This document shows positions 29,844 through 39,899 of a stretch of DNA of 64,000 bases, in pieces. The first letter of the stretch is position 1; each line of letters starts with the position of its first letter. Source of the stretch: Armatimonadota bacterium (GTDB lineage Bacteria; Armatimonadota; SYMT01). Under the pieces are notes generated by a model. It searched no databases. It was given only the letters and a program-made list of their open reading frames with translations, and was not told where the DNA came from. The DNA is taken from contig JAWLHY010000005.1 of NCBI GenBank assembly GCA_041690135.1, forward strand, positions 307,261 to 371,260, read 5' to 3'. A program made the translations under genes and the position numbers.

Positions 29844-30161
29844 ATGGCTCTCAAACAAGTAACCCAGGCAGACTTCGAAACGGAAGTGCTCCAGCACGAC
29901 GGATGGGTGATCGTCGACTTCTATGCCACGTGGTGTCCGCCGTGTCGCGCCCTGGCGCCGCTCCTCGAGCGTTTTGCGGAACAGAACGCGGAGCGGGTCA
30001 AAGTGGTGAAGCTGGATACGGATCAGGATGAGGATCTGGCGACGCGTTACGGAGTACGCACGATTCCGACCTTGATCTCCTTCAAAGCAGGTGAAGAGAA
30101 AGGACGGGCCATTAACCCACAGTCCCGCTCGCGGATTGAGGAACTGGTGCCGAACGACTGA
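29844..30161 (+). CDS. trxA: Thioredoxin
   Basis: DFYATWCPPC; VRTIPT; RBS GGAGG. Confidence 0.92.
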   Translation: MALKQVTQADFETEVLQHDGWVIVDFYATWCPPCRALAPLLERFAEQNAERVKVVKLDTDQDEDLATRYGVRTIPTLISFKAGEEKGRAINPQSRSRIEELVPND

Positions 30162-30349
30162 ACCTGCGGGCTGTCCGCATAGTGGATGGGGGCGGGCGGT
30201 GGCAACTGTACCCTACGGTCCGCCCCGCCCGCGCTCGTGTTCATGTTCGGAACTCGGAATTCTGTGGCCTTGTCACTGCGCAGAGCGGGCGTCGTCAATG
30301 AATTTGCGCGACCAGTGACCCGCAAGCCTCCAGCCCCTCGGAGCTCCCA

Positions 30350-30928
30350 TTAATCTTCCCGGCTCTTGCCCGCTTTATCCTTATCGCTTCGGTCATTATC
30401 GCCCCGGTCCTTATCTTGATCTTTAGCGGACTCCGCCACTTTCGCCTGGATGCGGGTTCCCTGCTTGATAGTGACGTGGCTGCCTTTGATGAAGGCGCCT
30501 CCCACCAGGCCCGCCGGGCCGAGGACCAGCAGCCCGGCTCCAGAAGCACCCGGGCCGACCGCGCGGAAACGCCCGCCGCTGGAGTAGGATTCGAGTGGGA
30601 CCAGGTCCCCATTCACGTCTTTCACGTCTTCCAATCGGACCAGCAGGCGAGCCCGCTTGCCGAACGGTCCGGGCTTCTTGATCTCCTTGACCACGCCGCG
30701 AGCCGGTGCATCCTGCCGGATCAGGGTCCTGCCGTTGAGGACCACGTCCGTGTAGACGCGCAGCTTGATCTCATCACCCTGCCGGGCTTTGCGCGTGCTC
30801 ACGTCCTCCAGGAATTCCAGCATGACGACCGTGCCCGAGGGAACGCGGTGCTCAGCCGCCGCAACGCCGGAAAACAGCAGCGCGCCGACGCATGCCAGGG
30901 CCTCCCAACTCAACTTGCCGGTGTTCAT
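30350..30928 (-). CDS. Secreted hypothetical protein (TrbI/VirB10-like beta domain)
   Basis: Signal peptide; VPSGT..VSTRKARQGD..VVLNGRTLI; KD-rich tail. Confidence 0.65.
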   Translation of the reverse strand: MNTGKLSWEALACVGALLFSGVAAAEHRVPSGTVVMLEFLEDVSTRKARQGDEIKLRVYTDVVLNGRTLIRQDAPARGVVKEIKKPGPFGKRARLLVRLEDVKDVNGDLVPLESYSSGGRFRAVGPGASGAGLLVLGPAGLVGGAFIKGSHVTIKQGTRIQAKVAESAKDQDKDRGDNDRSDKDKAGKSRED

Positions 30929-31118
30929 CGTACCTACTCCCTCTCCCTCTCCGTCGACTCTTACTCCATGTTATCGGCATACGCTCTCTCGTTTGCAGTC
31001 ACGCCGTGCGGACGCTCACGTACCCGGATCGAACTGGTAATCCCACCTTCGAGAAACCTGTCACTCCCAATCGGTCGGCGTGTCTCATAGGCCGGCAGAC
31101 CACGGATGGGAGACGCTG

Positions 31119-32468
31119 ATGATCGACGTCTACGGGCCCCCTTCTCATCTTTGCGACGGAGTTAGACGGCGGCAATTCCTCAAGATCGGTTCGCTCGGTT
31201 GCCTGGGGCTCACGCTCCCCGGCTTGATGCGGGCCGAGGCGGCGGCGCCGGCTTCCGAACGGCGACAGACTTCCTGCATCCTGCTCTGGCTTCAGGGCGG
31301 GCCGAGCCAGATCGATACGTTCGACCCCAAGCCGGACGCGCCCTCGGAAATTCGAGGGCCATTTCGTCCGCTGGAGACGAACGTCTCGGGCATCCGGGTT
31401 GCCGATGTGTTTCCCCGGCTTGCGCGACAGGCCGACAAGTACGCCCTGTTGCGCTCGGTTCATCATCCTTCCCCCGCGCATATCGTCGGCCACCAGTATA
31501 TGCTGTGCGGCATGGGCAACGGCCAGATCGCCTACCCCAGCATGGGGGCGGTGGTGGCAAAGCTGCGCGGCGGGAAGTCGCTGCTGCCGTCGTGGATGAT
31601 GCTCCCGAACATCGCCTACGAAACGAATGCCACCCCCGAGAGGCTGTGCCAGACGGCAGGCTACCTGGGGTCGGAGTACAACGCGGTGTTGCCCCAGGGG
31701 GACCTGGTGAAGGGCACACTCACCTTAAGGGAGTTGGATCCGCCGGCGGGGGTTTCTCCGGACCGGCTGGCGCGCCGACGACAATTGCTAGACACGGCAT
31801 TGGGCCGGGAACTGGCGCAGGTGGAGCCGACCCGCTCCGCTGATGCGATCTATCAGCGGGCGTTTGCCCTGATGGACTCTTCCGGGGTGCGGCAGGCGCT
31901 CGACCTGCGCCACGAGCCGGATCCATTGCGGGACCGATACGGGCGCAATCACGTTGGTCAGGGCGCCCTGCTGGCCCGACGCCTGGTGGAGACGGGGGTG
32001 CGCTTCGTGACGGTGAACTGGCCGAACCGGTTGGCGTGGGATTCCCACTCCGACCTGGAAGGGCAGATGCGCACGCACCTGTGTCCGACTCTCGACCGGG
32101 CCCTCTCCACGCTCCTGGAAGATCTAGCGCAGCGCGGAATGCTGGAGTCCACCCTGGTGATCGCCATGGGCGAGATGGGGCGAACGCCGCGCATCGGCGC
32201 CAACGACCCACGTTACGCTGATGGGCGCGATCACTGGAGCGGCGCGATGTCCGTTCTCATGGCCGGCGGCGGGGTGCGCGGGGGCCAGGTGATCGGCAGC
32301 AGCGATGCCCACGGTGCCTATGCCCACGACCGTCCTATCCCCTCGCACGATGTGGTGGCGAGCGTCTATCACGCCTTCGGCATTACTCCAGACGATACGG
32401 TGGAAGCGGTGGGGGGCCAGCCGAAGAAGGTTCTGGAGCGCGGCGAGCCCGTGCGGGAGCTATTCTGA
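31119..32468 (+). CDS. DUF1501 protein
   Basis: RRQFL; GGPSQIDTFDPKP; ARRLVETGVRFV; WDSH; GEMGRTP; GRDHW. Confidence 0.92.
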   Translation: MIDVYGPPSHLCDGVRRRQFLKIGSLGCLGLTLPGLMRAEAAAPASERRQTSCILLWLQGGPSQIDTFDPKPDAPSEIRGPFRPLETNVSGIRVADVFPRLARQADKYALLRSVHHPSPAHIVGHQYMLCGMGNGQIAYPSMGAVVAKLRGGKSLLPSWMMLPNIAYETNATPERLCQTAGYLGSEYNAVLPQGDLVKGTLTLRELDPPAGVSPDRLARRRQLLDTALGRELAQVEPTRSADAIYQRAFALMDSSGVRQALDLRHEPDPLRDRYGRNHVGQGALLARRLVETGVRFVTVNWPNRLAWDSHSDLEGQMRTHLCPTLDRALSTLLEDLAQRGMLESTLVIAMGEMGRTPRIGANDPRYADGRDHWSGAMSVLMAGGGVRGGQVIGSSDAHGAYAHDRPIPSHDVVASVYHAFGITPDDTVEAVGGQPKKVLERGEPVRELF

Positions 32469-32472
32469 CGTG

Positions 32473-33165
32473 ATGGAAGTACGCCCGGAGTTGGAGTGGG
32501 TGGAGGTCCCGGCGGGTGAGTTCGCGATGGGGCGGGCCGGTACCGAGGATGCGAGCCCGGTTCATCGGGTGCGGCTCAAGGGATTCCAGATCGGCAAGTA
32601 CGAAGTCACCGTGGCCCAGTATGCTCTGTTCCTCAAAGCCTCCGGCCGCCCGGAGCCGAACCACTGGACCAACAAGCGCTTCAACCGACCGGACCAGCCG
32701 GTCGTGGGCGTCACCTATGAGGATGCCGTAGCGTTCTGCCGGTGGATCGGCGGTCGCCTGCCGACCGAGGCCGAATGGGAATACGCGGCCCGGGGCGCCG
32801 ATGGTCGTGTTTATCCCTGGGGCAACGAGGACCCGGATCCCACGCGTGCGGTTTTCCACCTCGACGTGGGATTTGGCGCCACGAAGCCTGTGGGTTCCGC
32901 ACCTGCTGGCAAAGGACCGTTCGGTACTGTGGACCAGGCCGGCGGCGTGTTCGAGTGGTGTTCCGACTGGTACGCTTCCGGTTACTACGCCAGTAGCCCG
33001 CGAGAGAATCCTACCGGGCCGGAATCCGGAGAGATGCGAGTGATTCGGGGCGGAGGCTGGCTGAGTCTCCCCGATGCCCTGGCCGCCTGGGCTCGCGAGA
33101 AGTACCCTCCCGAAAGCCGCAGTACTCTCATCGGCTTTCGGGTCGCGCGCGATATTCCATCTTGA
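32473..33165 (+). CDS. SUMF1/EgtB/PvdO (FGE-fold) protein
   Basis: YEVTVAQY; RLPTEAEWEYAARG; EWCSD; RGGGW; GFRV; lacks the FGE catalytic Cys pair. Confidence 0.9.
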   Translation: MEVRPELEWVEVPAGEFAMGRAGTEDASPVHRVRLKGFQIGKYEVTVAQYALFLKASGRPEPNHWTNKRFNRPDQPVVGVTYEDAVAFCRWIGGRLPTEAEWEYAARGADGRVYPWGNEDPDPTRAVFHLDVGFGATKPVGSAPAGKGPFGTVDQAGGVFEWCSDWYASGYYASSPRENPTGPESGEMRVIRGGGWLSLPDALAAWAREKYPPESRSTLIGFRVARDIPS

Positions 33166-33237
33166 GTTCCTCCTGCCCCCGGTCGAAGGATCCTCCAGGT
33201 AGGCCCTTCGGTGCCGCTGGGCAGGGTAGGAACACAG

Positions 33238-35232
33238 ATGTCGATCAGTCGAGGCGAAACACCCCATTGGTTCGGGCCGGCGCTCTTCCGCGCGGTTCCG
33301 GAGATCCCTCCCCCACCGGCAGCCGCGGTCACCCCGCAAGCGCCGGTGGCTCCCGGTGAGAACGGGGCTCGCAAACCCGGACGGGTGCCCGGGCGGCCGA
33401 ATGTCGGCCACCTTCTGCTCAAGAACGGCATCATCAGCCAGGCACAACTCGATGAGGCGATCGCCACGCAGGCGGAGCGCGGCTGCCGCCTGGGCGAGGC
33501 GTTGGTGGGGCTCGACTTCTGCTCCGACGCGCAGATCGCGCAGGTCCTGGCGGAGCAGTTGGAAATTCCATACATCGATCTCCATCAGCACCCGCCTTCC
33601 CCCGAATGCGTGGCCCTGATCTCCCGGGAGACGGCGCTGGAACACGGCGTGTTGCCGGTCCGTCTCGACGGCGACCGGTTGCTCGTCGCGGTGCGCGATC
33701 CCTACGACATCCGGGTAGACGAGGTCCTCCGGCGCGCCACGGACCACCAGATCGTACTGGGCGCCGCGCCGGAGAGCCAGATTCGCGACCTGCTGTACCA
33801 GTTCTACAGCGTCAATACGTTTGAGGAAGCCCGTACGACCATCGCCGACGCGGACCTGGACCTCGAGGACCCGTCGCAGAGCACCGTGGATCGCCTCCTG
33901 GTCGCTGGGGAGGACATGTCCGCCACTCGCGTCGTGAGCACCCTGATTGCCGATGCCGTGCGACGCAATGCGAGCGATCTGCACATCGAACCAGACGAAA
34001 CCCACGTCCGCGTCCGGTACCGGATCGACGGCAAGATGTGCTCTGTACTGACGCTGCCGACCTCCCTTCTGTCCAGCGTGGCGGCGCGCATCAAGATTGT
34101 GTGCTCGATGGATATCTCCGAGTCGCGCAAGCCCCAGGACGGAGGCTGTCGCGTGCGGGTACACGGGCAGAACATTGAGATCCGCGCGTCGACGCTCCCC
34201 GGAGTTTATGGCGAGATCGTGGTCCTTCGGCTTCAGACGCAGCAGGCACACCTCTTCAGCCTGGATGCGCTGGGGATGGATGAGCGGACCCTGCGCGACT
34301 TCCGCCGCCTGCTCAGCGTGCGACAGGGAATGATCCTGATCACCGGCCCGACCGGGTCCGGCAAGACCACCACCCTTTACGGGGCGCTCTCCCACCTCAA
34401 CCGGGACGATGTCAACATTCTCACGGTCGAAGATCCGGTGGAGCGGAAGCTCCCGGGCCTGAACCAGGTGCAGGTGAACGATCGTGCGGGTCGATCCTTT
34501 GCGGCAACGCTCCGCTCGATGCTCCGCCAGGACCCGGACATCATCATGCTGGGAGAGATTCGCGATCTGGAAACTGCCGACATCGCGTGTCGGGCCGCCC
34601 TTACCGGTCACCTCGTGCTCTCGACCTTGCACACGACCCACGCCGTGGGAACCCTGGCCCGGTTGCACGATATGGGGGTTCCCTCCTACATGCTCGCGGC
34701 GGCGCTCAACGGGGTCGTCGCGCAGCGTCTCGCGCGCCGCGTGTGCGAGAAATGCGCCGTGGAGTTTCGTCCTCCCTCCCGTATGCGTCGCGCGCTGGAG
34801 GCGCAGTTCGGTTCCCTGGAAGGAGCGCAATTCCGTAAAGGTCGAGGCTGCCCTTCGTGCCACCACCGTGGAACCCGCGGGCGAGTGGGAATTTACGAGT
34901 ACGTGCTGGTGGATGAAGATTTGCGGACCTTGCTGGCGGAAGGGGTGGCGCCCAGCGAGTTGAGGAAGCGGCTCCGCGACCGGGGTTTCCGTTCCATGGA
35001 GGAGGATGCGTTCGAAAAGGCATGTCGCGGTATAATACCCCCCGAAGATGTGGTGAACCTGGGTCTGGCGTTGGTGCCGGCAGCGGATGAACCGGTGTCG
35101 CCCGGCGCTGTTGCGACGACGGATCTTCGCCAGCGGTCGTACCGGGTCTCCGGGGATCCCGGCCTCGCGGTTTCCGGAATGGAGCCGAGTTCACTGGTGG
35201 ATGGCGGCCGGTTTGCCCCGATGGAAGCATGA
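33238..35232 (+). CDS. GspE/PilB-family ATPase with N-terminal MshEN domain
   Basis: RLGEALV MshEN motif; ASDLHIEP; GPTGSGKTT; RQDPD..GEIRD; CxxC..CxxC. Confidence 0.92.
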   Translation: MSISRGETPHWFGPALFRAVPEIPPPPAAAVTPQAPVAPGENGARKPGRVPGRPNVGHLLLKNGIISQAQLDEAIATQAERGCRLGEALVGLDFCSDAQIAQVLAEQLEIPYIDLHQHPPSPECVALISRETALEHGVLPVRLDGDRLLVAVRDPYDIRVDEVLRRATDHQIVLGAAPESQIRDLLYQFYSVNTFEEARTTIADADLDLEDPSQSTVDRLLVAGEDMSATRVVSTLIADAVRRNASDLHIEPDETHVRVRYRIDGKMCSVLTLPTSLLSSVAARIKIVCSMDISESRKPQDGGCRVRVHGQNIEIRASTLPGVYGEIVVLRLQTQQAHLFSLDALGMDERTLRDFRRLLSVRQGMILITGPTGSGKTTTLYGALSHLNRDDVNILTVEDPVERKLPGLNQVQVNDRAGRSFAATLRSMLRQDPDIIMLGEIRDLETADIACRAALTGHLVLSTLHTTHAVGTLARLHDMGVPSYMLAAALNGVVAQRLARRVCEKCAVEFRPPSRMRRALEAQFGSLEGAQFRKGRGCPSCHHRGTRGRVGIYEYVLVDEDLRTLLAEGVAPSELRKRLRDRGFRSMEEDAFEKACRGIIPPEDVVNLGLALVPAADEPVSPGAVATTDLRQRSYRVSGDPGLAVSGMEPSSLVDGGRFAPMEA

Positions 35233-35241
35233 GGACGGTAG

Positions 35242-35649
35242 ATGATTCGCATCCTGTGCGTGGATGACGATCCGCTGATGCGGACCTATCTCGCTACCCG
35301 CCTGGCGATTGAGCCGGACATGAAGGTGGTGGGAGTGGTCGGCAGTGCCGCGGAGGCCATGGCTCACCTGGCTCGCGGCGAAGTGGACGTGGTCGTCCTC
35401 GATTACCAGATGGAAGGGATGACGGGTCTGGAGCTTCTCAAGGCGATCGCCCCGCGCACCGAGAGTGAGCGGGACCTTCGCAATGCCATCCTGTTCTGCA
35501 CGGGCTGGGCGGATGAAGTCTTCATGCAGGAAGCGCGAGCGCTCGGTGCGGCCGGCGTGGTGGCGAAAGAGCAGATGAGCACGGACCTCATCCCCGCCGT
35601 GCGCGCGGTTGCGGCCCACGGTACCTGGTTCAAAGAACTCGACGACTAG
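35242..35649 (+). CDS. Single-domain response regulator
   Basis: VDDD; VLDYQM; T and K conserved. Confidence 0.88.
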   Translation: MIRILCVDDDPLMRTYLATRLAIEPDMKVVGVVGSAAEAMAHLARGEVDVVVLDYQMEGMTGLELLKAIAPRTESERDLRNAILFCTGWADEVFMQEARALGAAGVVAKEQMSTDLIPAVRAVAAHGTWFKELDD

Positions 35650-35691
35650 ATTCCTTCTTCCCTTGGATCGGCTGCAGTTGCACTGCGCTCC

Positions 35692-38600
35692 TTAGATTTC
35701 TGCCTCTCGCAACGCCATTTCGAGCGCTACCACCGGGTGCACGGCCTTTCGTCCCGTTGCATCGAGGATCTGGTGCCGGCAGCTCGTCCCCGGAGCCACG
35801 AGTAGCGTTTCCTCGCCTGTCTCACGCACCGCCGGGAAGAGGCTCATCTCTCCGATTTGCAGCGAGAGTTCATAGTGCTCCTTCTCGTAACCGAAGGAGC
35901 CGGCCATCCCGCAGCAACTGGAGGCGATCGGCGTGACGGTGTAGCCTGGGACCATCCGCAGTGCCTCGAGTGATCGCTGCGTCCCCAGGACGGCTTTCTG
36001 GTGGCAATGGCCATGGTACAGCACTCGCCGATCCTGCACGCGAAACGGCCACCCTTCCTCGCTGACTCCCTTCCTCCCCGCGGTTCGCTCTCCGGCTCCC
36101 GACTCGCCTTCTGCCTTCTGCCCACTGCCTTCTGCCTTCTGCGTTTCGCCTTCTGACTTCTGGCCCACAGCCCCGGCGCCCAGCCCCCGGCCATGCCGTT
36201 CGAAGAGGAAGTCCTCCAGCATCCAGGCGTTGGCCGCCACGTCATCCGCGGATGCCCCCAGCCGGAACTCGCGGTACTCATCTCGATAGGTTACAAGGCA
36301 ACTGGGCTCCAACCCGACCAGGGGGATGCCTCTCCTGGCGGCATCCGCCAGCGTGGCCACGTTGTGGACCGCGTTCTCACGCGCCTGGGCAAGCATTCCC
36401 TTGGAGATCATCGGCCGGCCGCAGCACCGCAGGGCCGGAACCTCGACCCGGTAGCCGAAAGCCTCGAGCACCCGGACCGCTGCCTGGCCCACCTCCGGCT
36501 CGTAGTAGTTGGTGTACGTATCCGCCAGCAGCATGACGGATCCGTTCGCGCCGGCCCGCGAGGACGGCTGATGCAAGCGCCACCAGGCCATGAAAGTCTT
36601 CTCCGCAAACGGCGGGAGTGGGCGCCGGCGATCGATGCCGATCCAGCGGTCCATCAGGGAGCGCACCAGCGGCAGCTCCAGCAACCGATTGGCCAGTGGC
36701 GCGAGCGCCGACCCAAGCCGACCGGCCTGCGCGGCCTGGGCGAACACCTGCGCGCGGAGCGGCGTGCCGTGGCGCGCGTGGTAGTGGGCCAGGAACTCGT
36801 ATTTGAGCTTCGCCATGTCCACGTTGGAAGGGCACTCGCTCTTGCAAGCCTTGCATTCGAGACAGAGGTCGAGCGCCTGGTGGATGCGCGGGTCGGCCAG
36901 GTCCGGTTCGCCGGCCTGTCCGGAGAGGACCATCCGGAGCACGTTGGCCCGGCCCCGGGTGGAGTGCTCTTCTTCCAGGGTGGCGCGGTAGGAGGGACAC
37001 ATTGCCCCATCCAGCTTCTTGCGGCAAGCTCCCACCCCGCTGCACATCTCCACCGCACCCGCAAAACCATGGTCGCGGCTGAAATCGAGGGTGGTTTCCA
37101 CATGCGCCATGCGGTAACTCGCCTCGCCGCCGCCCAGTACCCGTAGGTGCGTGTGCATGGGAGGTGCGTCCACGATCTTGCCGGGGTTCAGCAGGCCCTG
37201 GGGATCGAAGGCTCGCTTGACTTCGCGGAACGCCTCGTAGACCTCCGGCCCGAACATCTTTTGCTGCCACTCGGACCGGGCGAGGCCATCGCCGTGCTCG
37301 GCGCTGATGGTCCCTCCATACCGCAGCACCAGGTCGGCGACTCCTTCCGAAATCGCGCGCATGCGGTCCCGGTCCGCGGGCTCCTTGAGGTTGAGAATCG
37401 GTCGCACGTGGAGACAGCCCACGCTGGCATGGGCGTAGTAGCAGGCGGTCAAACCGTGCCCGGCGAGCAGGTCGCGGAAGTCACGGATATAAGCGGCCAG
37501 CCCCTCCACCGGCACCGCCGTGTCCTCCACGAACCCGGCCGGCTTGGCGTCGCCCTTCATCCCCATGAGCAGGCCCAGGCCCCCTTTGCGGATGTCCCAC
37601 ACGTCTTTCTGCCGGGCGGGGTCGGAGAACAGGTGGTGCGCGTGACCCACGCCGGACGTTTCCAGCTCGCGCTGCAGTTCCCGGAGGCCGTCCACGGCTT
37701 CCTCGGGGGTTTCGCCGAACCCTTCGATTACGAGCAGCGCCTCCGGATCGCCCTGGAGGAAGGTACGCGCCTTGACCAGTTCCCGGTTGTCGCGGGTGAG
37801 ATCCAGGATGATCCGGTCGATCAACTCCACGGAAGCCGGGGCGAACTCCACGATCCGCGGAACGGCTTCGAGGGCCGCGAGCAGGTCGCGGAACTGGACC
37901 ACCAGCAGCGCCGTGGCGCGCGGCCGCGGGACCAGGTTCAGCTTGGCCTCGGTAACGATACCGAGCGTGCCCTCCGACCCGACCATGAGATGCGCCAGGT
38001 TGTAACGGCCGTGGCGCACGATCTCGTCGAGGTTGTAACCCCCGACGCGCCGCATGATGCGGGGGAAGTGGCGTTCGATGGCTTCCCGGTGATTGCGGCA
38101 AATGTTCCAGATCTCCCGGTAGATCCGCCCTTCCAGCGTGTCCGCCTCTCCGCGCCGCTGCCATTCCTCCGGTGGCACCGCGTGGAAGTGCGCCCGGGAG
38201 GCATCCGAAAGAACCACCTGCTGTTCCAGCACGTGGTCGATCGTCTTGCCGTAGCGGATGGACCGGGCACCGCAGGAGTTGTTGCCCATCATGCCGCCGA
38301 TACTGGCGCGGTTGCTGGTCGCTACGTCGGGCGCGAACATCAGGCCATGAGGCCGCAGGAGGGCGTTCAGCTCATCCAGGATGACGCCGGGTTGTACCCG
38401 CACCCAGCGCTCCTCGGCGTTCACCTCCAGCACCGCGTGCATGTACTTGGTGAAATCCAGCACCAGCGCTGTGCCCACGGTCTGTCCCGCCAGGCTGGTC
38501 CCGCTTCCCCGTGGGAGCAAGGGGACGCCGTGGGTGGCCGCAATCCGCATCGATTCCACCACGTCCTGGGCGTCCCGGGGGCAGATGACCCCTACCGGCA

Positions 38601-38772
38601 TCATCTGGTAGATGCTTGCATCGGTGGCATACATGAGCCGCGAGACGTCGTCGAACCGCACCTCGCCGCGGATCCGGCTCTGGAGATCTGCCTCCAGTGG
38701 CTGTCTTTGGTTCGGCCGGCTCACCGTCCCCACTCCCCCCTGTACGCCCATCGGCTGTAAGGCCTCTCCCAT
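35692..38772 (-). CDS. FAD-binding / Fe-S oxidoreductase (GlcD-GlcF fusion type)
   Basis: RGSGTSLAGQ; GSEGTLG; EHGDG; CLECKACKSECP; CCG domains; probable GTG start at 38724. Confidence 0.92.
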   Translation of the reverse strand: MGEALQPMGVQGGVGTVSRPNQRQPLEADLQSRIRGEVRFDDVSRLMYATDASIYQMMPVGVICPRDAQDVVESMRIAATHGVPLLPRGSGTSLAGQTVGTALVLDFTKYMHAVLEVNAEERWVRVQPGVILDELNALLRPHGLMFAPDVATSNRASIGGMMGNNSCGARSIRYGKTIDHVLEQQVVLSDASRAHFHAVPPEEWQRRGEADTLEGRIYREIWNICRNHREAIERHFPRIMRRVGGYNLDEIVRHGRYNLAHLMVGSEGTLGIVTEAKLNLVPRPRATALLVVQFRDLLAALEAVPRIVEFAPASVELIDRIILDLTRDNRELVKARTFLQGDPEALLVIEGFGETPEEAVDGLRELQRELETSGVGHAHHLFSDPARQKDVWDIRKGGLGLLMGMKGDAKPAGFVEDTAVPVEGLAAYIRDFRDLLAGHGLTACYYAHASVGCLHVRPILNLKEPADRDRMRAISEGVADLVLRYGGTISAEHGDGLARSEWQQKMFGPEVYEAFREVKRAFDPQGLLNPGKIVDAPPMHTHLRVLGGGEASYRMAHVETTLDFSRDHGFAGAVEMCSGVGACRKKLDGAMCPSYRATLEEEHSTRGRANVLRMVLSGQAGEPDLADPRIHQALDLCLECKACKSECPSNVDMAKLKYEFLAHYHARHGTPLRAQVFAQAAQAGRLGSALAPLANRLLELPLVRSLMDRWIGIDRRRPLPPFAEKTFMAWWRLHQPSSRAGANGSVMLLADTYTNYYEPEVGQAAVRVLEAFGYRVEVPALRCCGRPMISKGMLAQARENAVHNVATLADAARRGIPLVGLEPSCLVTYRDEYREFRLGASADDVAANAWMLEDFLFERHGRGLGAGAVGQKSEGETQKAEGSGQKAEGESGAGERTAGRKGVSEEGWPFRVQDRRVLYHGHCHQKAVLGTQRSLEALRMVPGYTVTPIASSCCGMAGSFGYEKEHYELSLQIGEMSLFPAVRETGEETLLVAPGTSCRHQILDATGRKAVHPVVALEMALREAEI
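36106..36189 (-). repeat. Heptamer tandem repeat (GCCTTCT on +) in frame inside a CDS
   Basis: gccttct gccttct gcccact gccttct gccttct gcgtttc gccttct gacttct, then a degenerate tail. Confidence 0.85.
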
Positions 38773-38883
38773 ACCTCAAGCTCTCCTACCGGTTCCGGCC
38801 GGCTCCAACCTGCCACTCCCTACCAGTCCAGCAAACCGGGTCCCCCACCGGGTCCCGGCCGCATGCCCGTTCGCCCGGTTGGG

Positions 38884-38908
38884 GTTTCCTGTGCCGTGTA
38901 CCGGGTAA
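38884..38908 (+). promoter_or_regulatory. SigB/SigF-like promoter
   Basis: GTTT-N15-GGGTAA about 60 nt before ATG 38970. Confidence 0.65.
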
Positions 38909-38969
38909 AGGCATAGCAAACGCACTTTCCAGGCCTTCCGGTCCTGTCACGATACGGAGGAAGTCTGCT

Positions 38970-39899
38970 ATGCTGTACCGCGCGCACTCCGCCCGCGCCG
39001 TCCTGGCCATCGCCCTGTTTCTGCTCGGTTCCTTCGCGTTGTTCGCCTCGCCGCGCGTGGAAGCGCAGATCGATCCGGTCCCCCGCCAGGCGCCCGACTT
39101 CGTTCCCCCCGAACTGTTCGAAGGCTTCGAGCCGCTCTTCCCCGGTCCTTCCGGCCTATCCCCTCTCGGACGGTTTCTGGTGGTTCAGGACGTCCGCGGG
39201 TTGCGGATCGTACGGGTGGCGAACGGCGAGACCGTGTTTCGCGAGGCCGCTCCGGAGCGCGCAGAGATCGGCTTCGACTTCTTCGACCGGCGTGCGTACC
39301 TTATCGAGAACCAACGCCAGACTTATCGCTTCCGCTTCATCGACCCGAGCACGGGCTTTGTACTCCTCGACCTGCGCCTGACCGAACGACCGGAAATTCG
39401 TCTGAACGTCGACGGTAGTCTCAACGTGCTGCTCCGTCGTTACCGAAACCGCACTCAAGCCCTGGTATTCAACGGCGCCGGCCTGGTTACCTACCGAAGG
39501 TTCAGCACCGGCAGTTTCCAGATCGGCATCAATTTGTTCGCTCCCGTGGTTGCGTTGGTGGATCGGCGGGCCGGTTCCCGCGCGGAGATCGTTGTGGTCA
39601 ACGCGGACCTGGGTCGTATTACCTACCGCACATCCACCAGCGACCAGTTCGAGGCAGGTTTCGAACCGTTCGGGCCCGCTTTCGTGTTTGCGCGTGCCAC
39701 CAGCCCATCCAGTTTCCGCGTGCGGATGGTCAACGGCCTGAATGGGCGGTTCCTGACAAACCGAACGTTTTTCGGCCCTCTGAACGCGGGCTTCACTCCC
39801 GATTCTACGTTCCTGGGGGTGAAGAGCCGTTCCGGATTCTCCGACCGGGTCTACCTTTTCCAGACCGCGACGGGGCGCATCGTGTTTCTCGGCCGCTGA
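38970..39899 (+). CDS. Secreted hypothetical protein, probable 6-bladed beta-propeller
   Basis: RBS GGAGG; signal peptide; six ~40-aa beta-rich units. Confidence 0.7.
   Translation: MLYRAHSARAVLAIALFLLGSFALFASPRVEAQIDPVPRQAPDFVPPELFEGFEPLFPGPSGLSPLGRFLVVQDVRGLRIVRVANGETVFREAAPERAEIGFDFFDRRAYLIENQRQTYRFRFIDPSTGFVLLDLRLTERPEIRLNVDGSLNVLLRRYRNRTQALVFNGAGLVTYRRFSTGSFQIGINLFAPVVALVDRRAGSRAEIVVVNADLGRITYRTSTSDQFEAGFEPFGPAFVFARATSPSSFRVRMVNGLNGRFLTNRTFFGPLNAGFTPDSTFLGVKSRSGFSDRVYLFQTATGRIVFLGR

Noticed and set aside
29844-30161. Thioredoxin as a second selenoprotein
   Set aside because: WCPPC is encoded by ordinary TGT codons
31020-31045. SigB-like promoter for the gene at 30928 (minus strand GATT-N13-GGGTAC)
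   Set aside because: -35 mismatch and short spacer; too weak to include
32473-33165. Sulfatase-maturating formylglycine-generating enzyme
   Set aside because: The catalytic Cys pair after RGG is absent; FGE fold only
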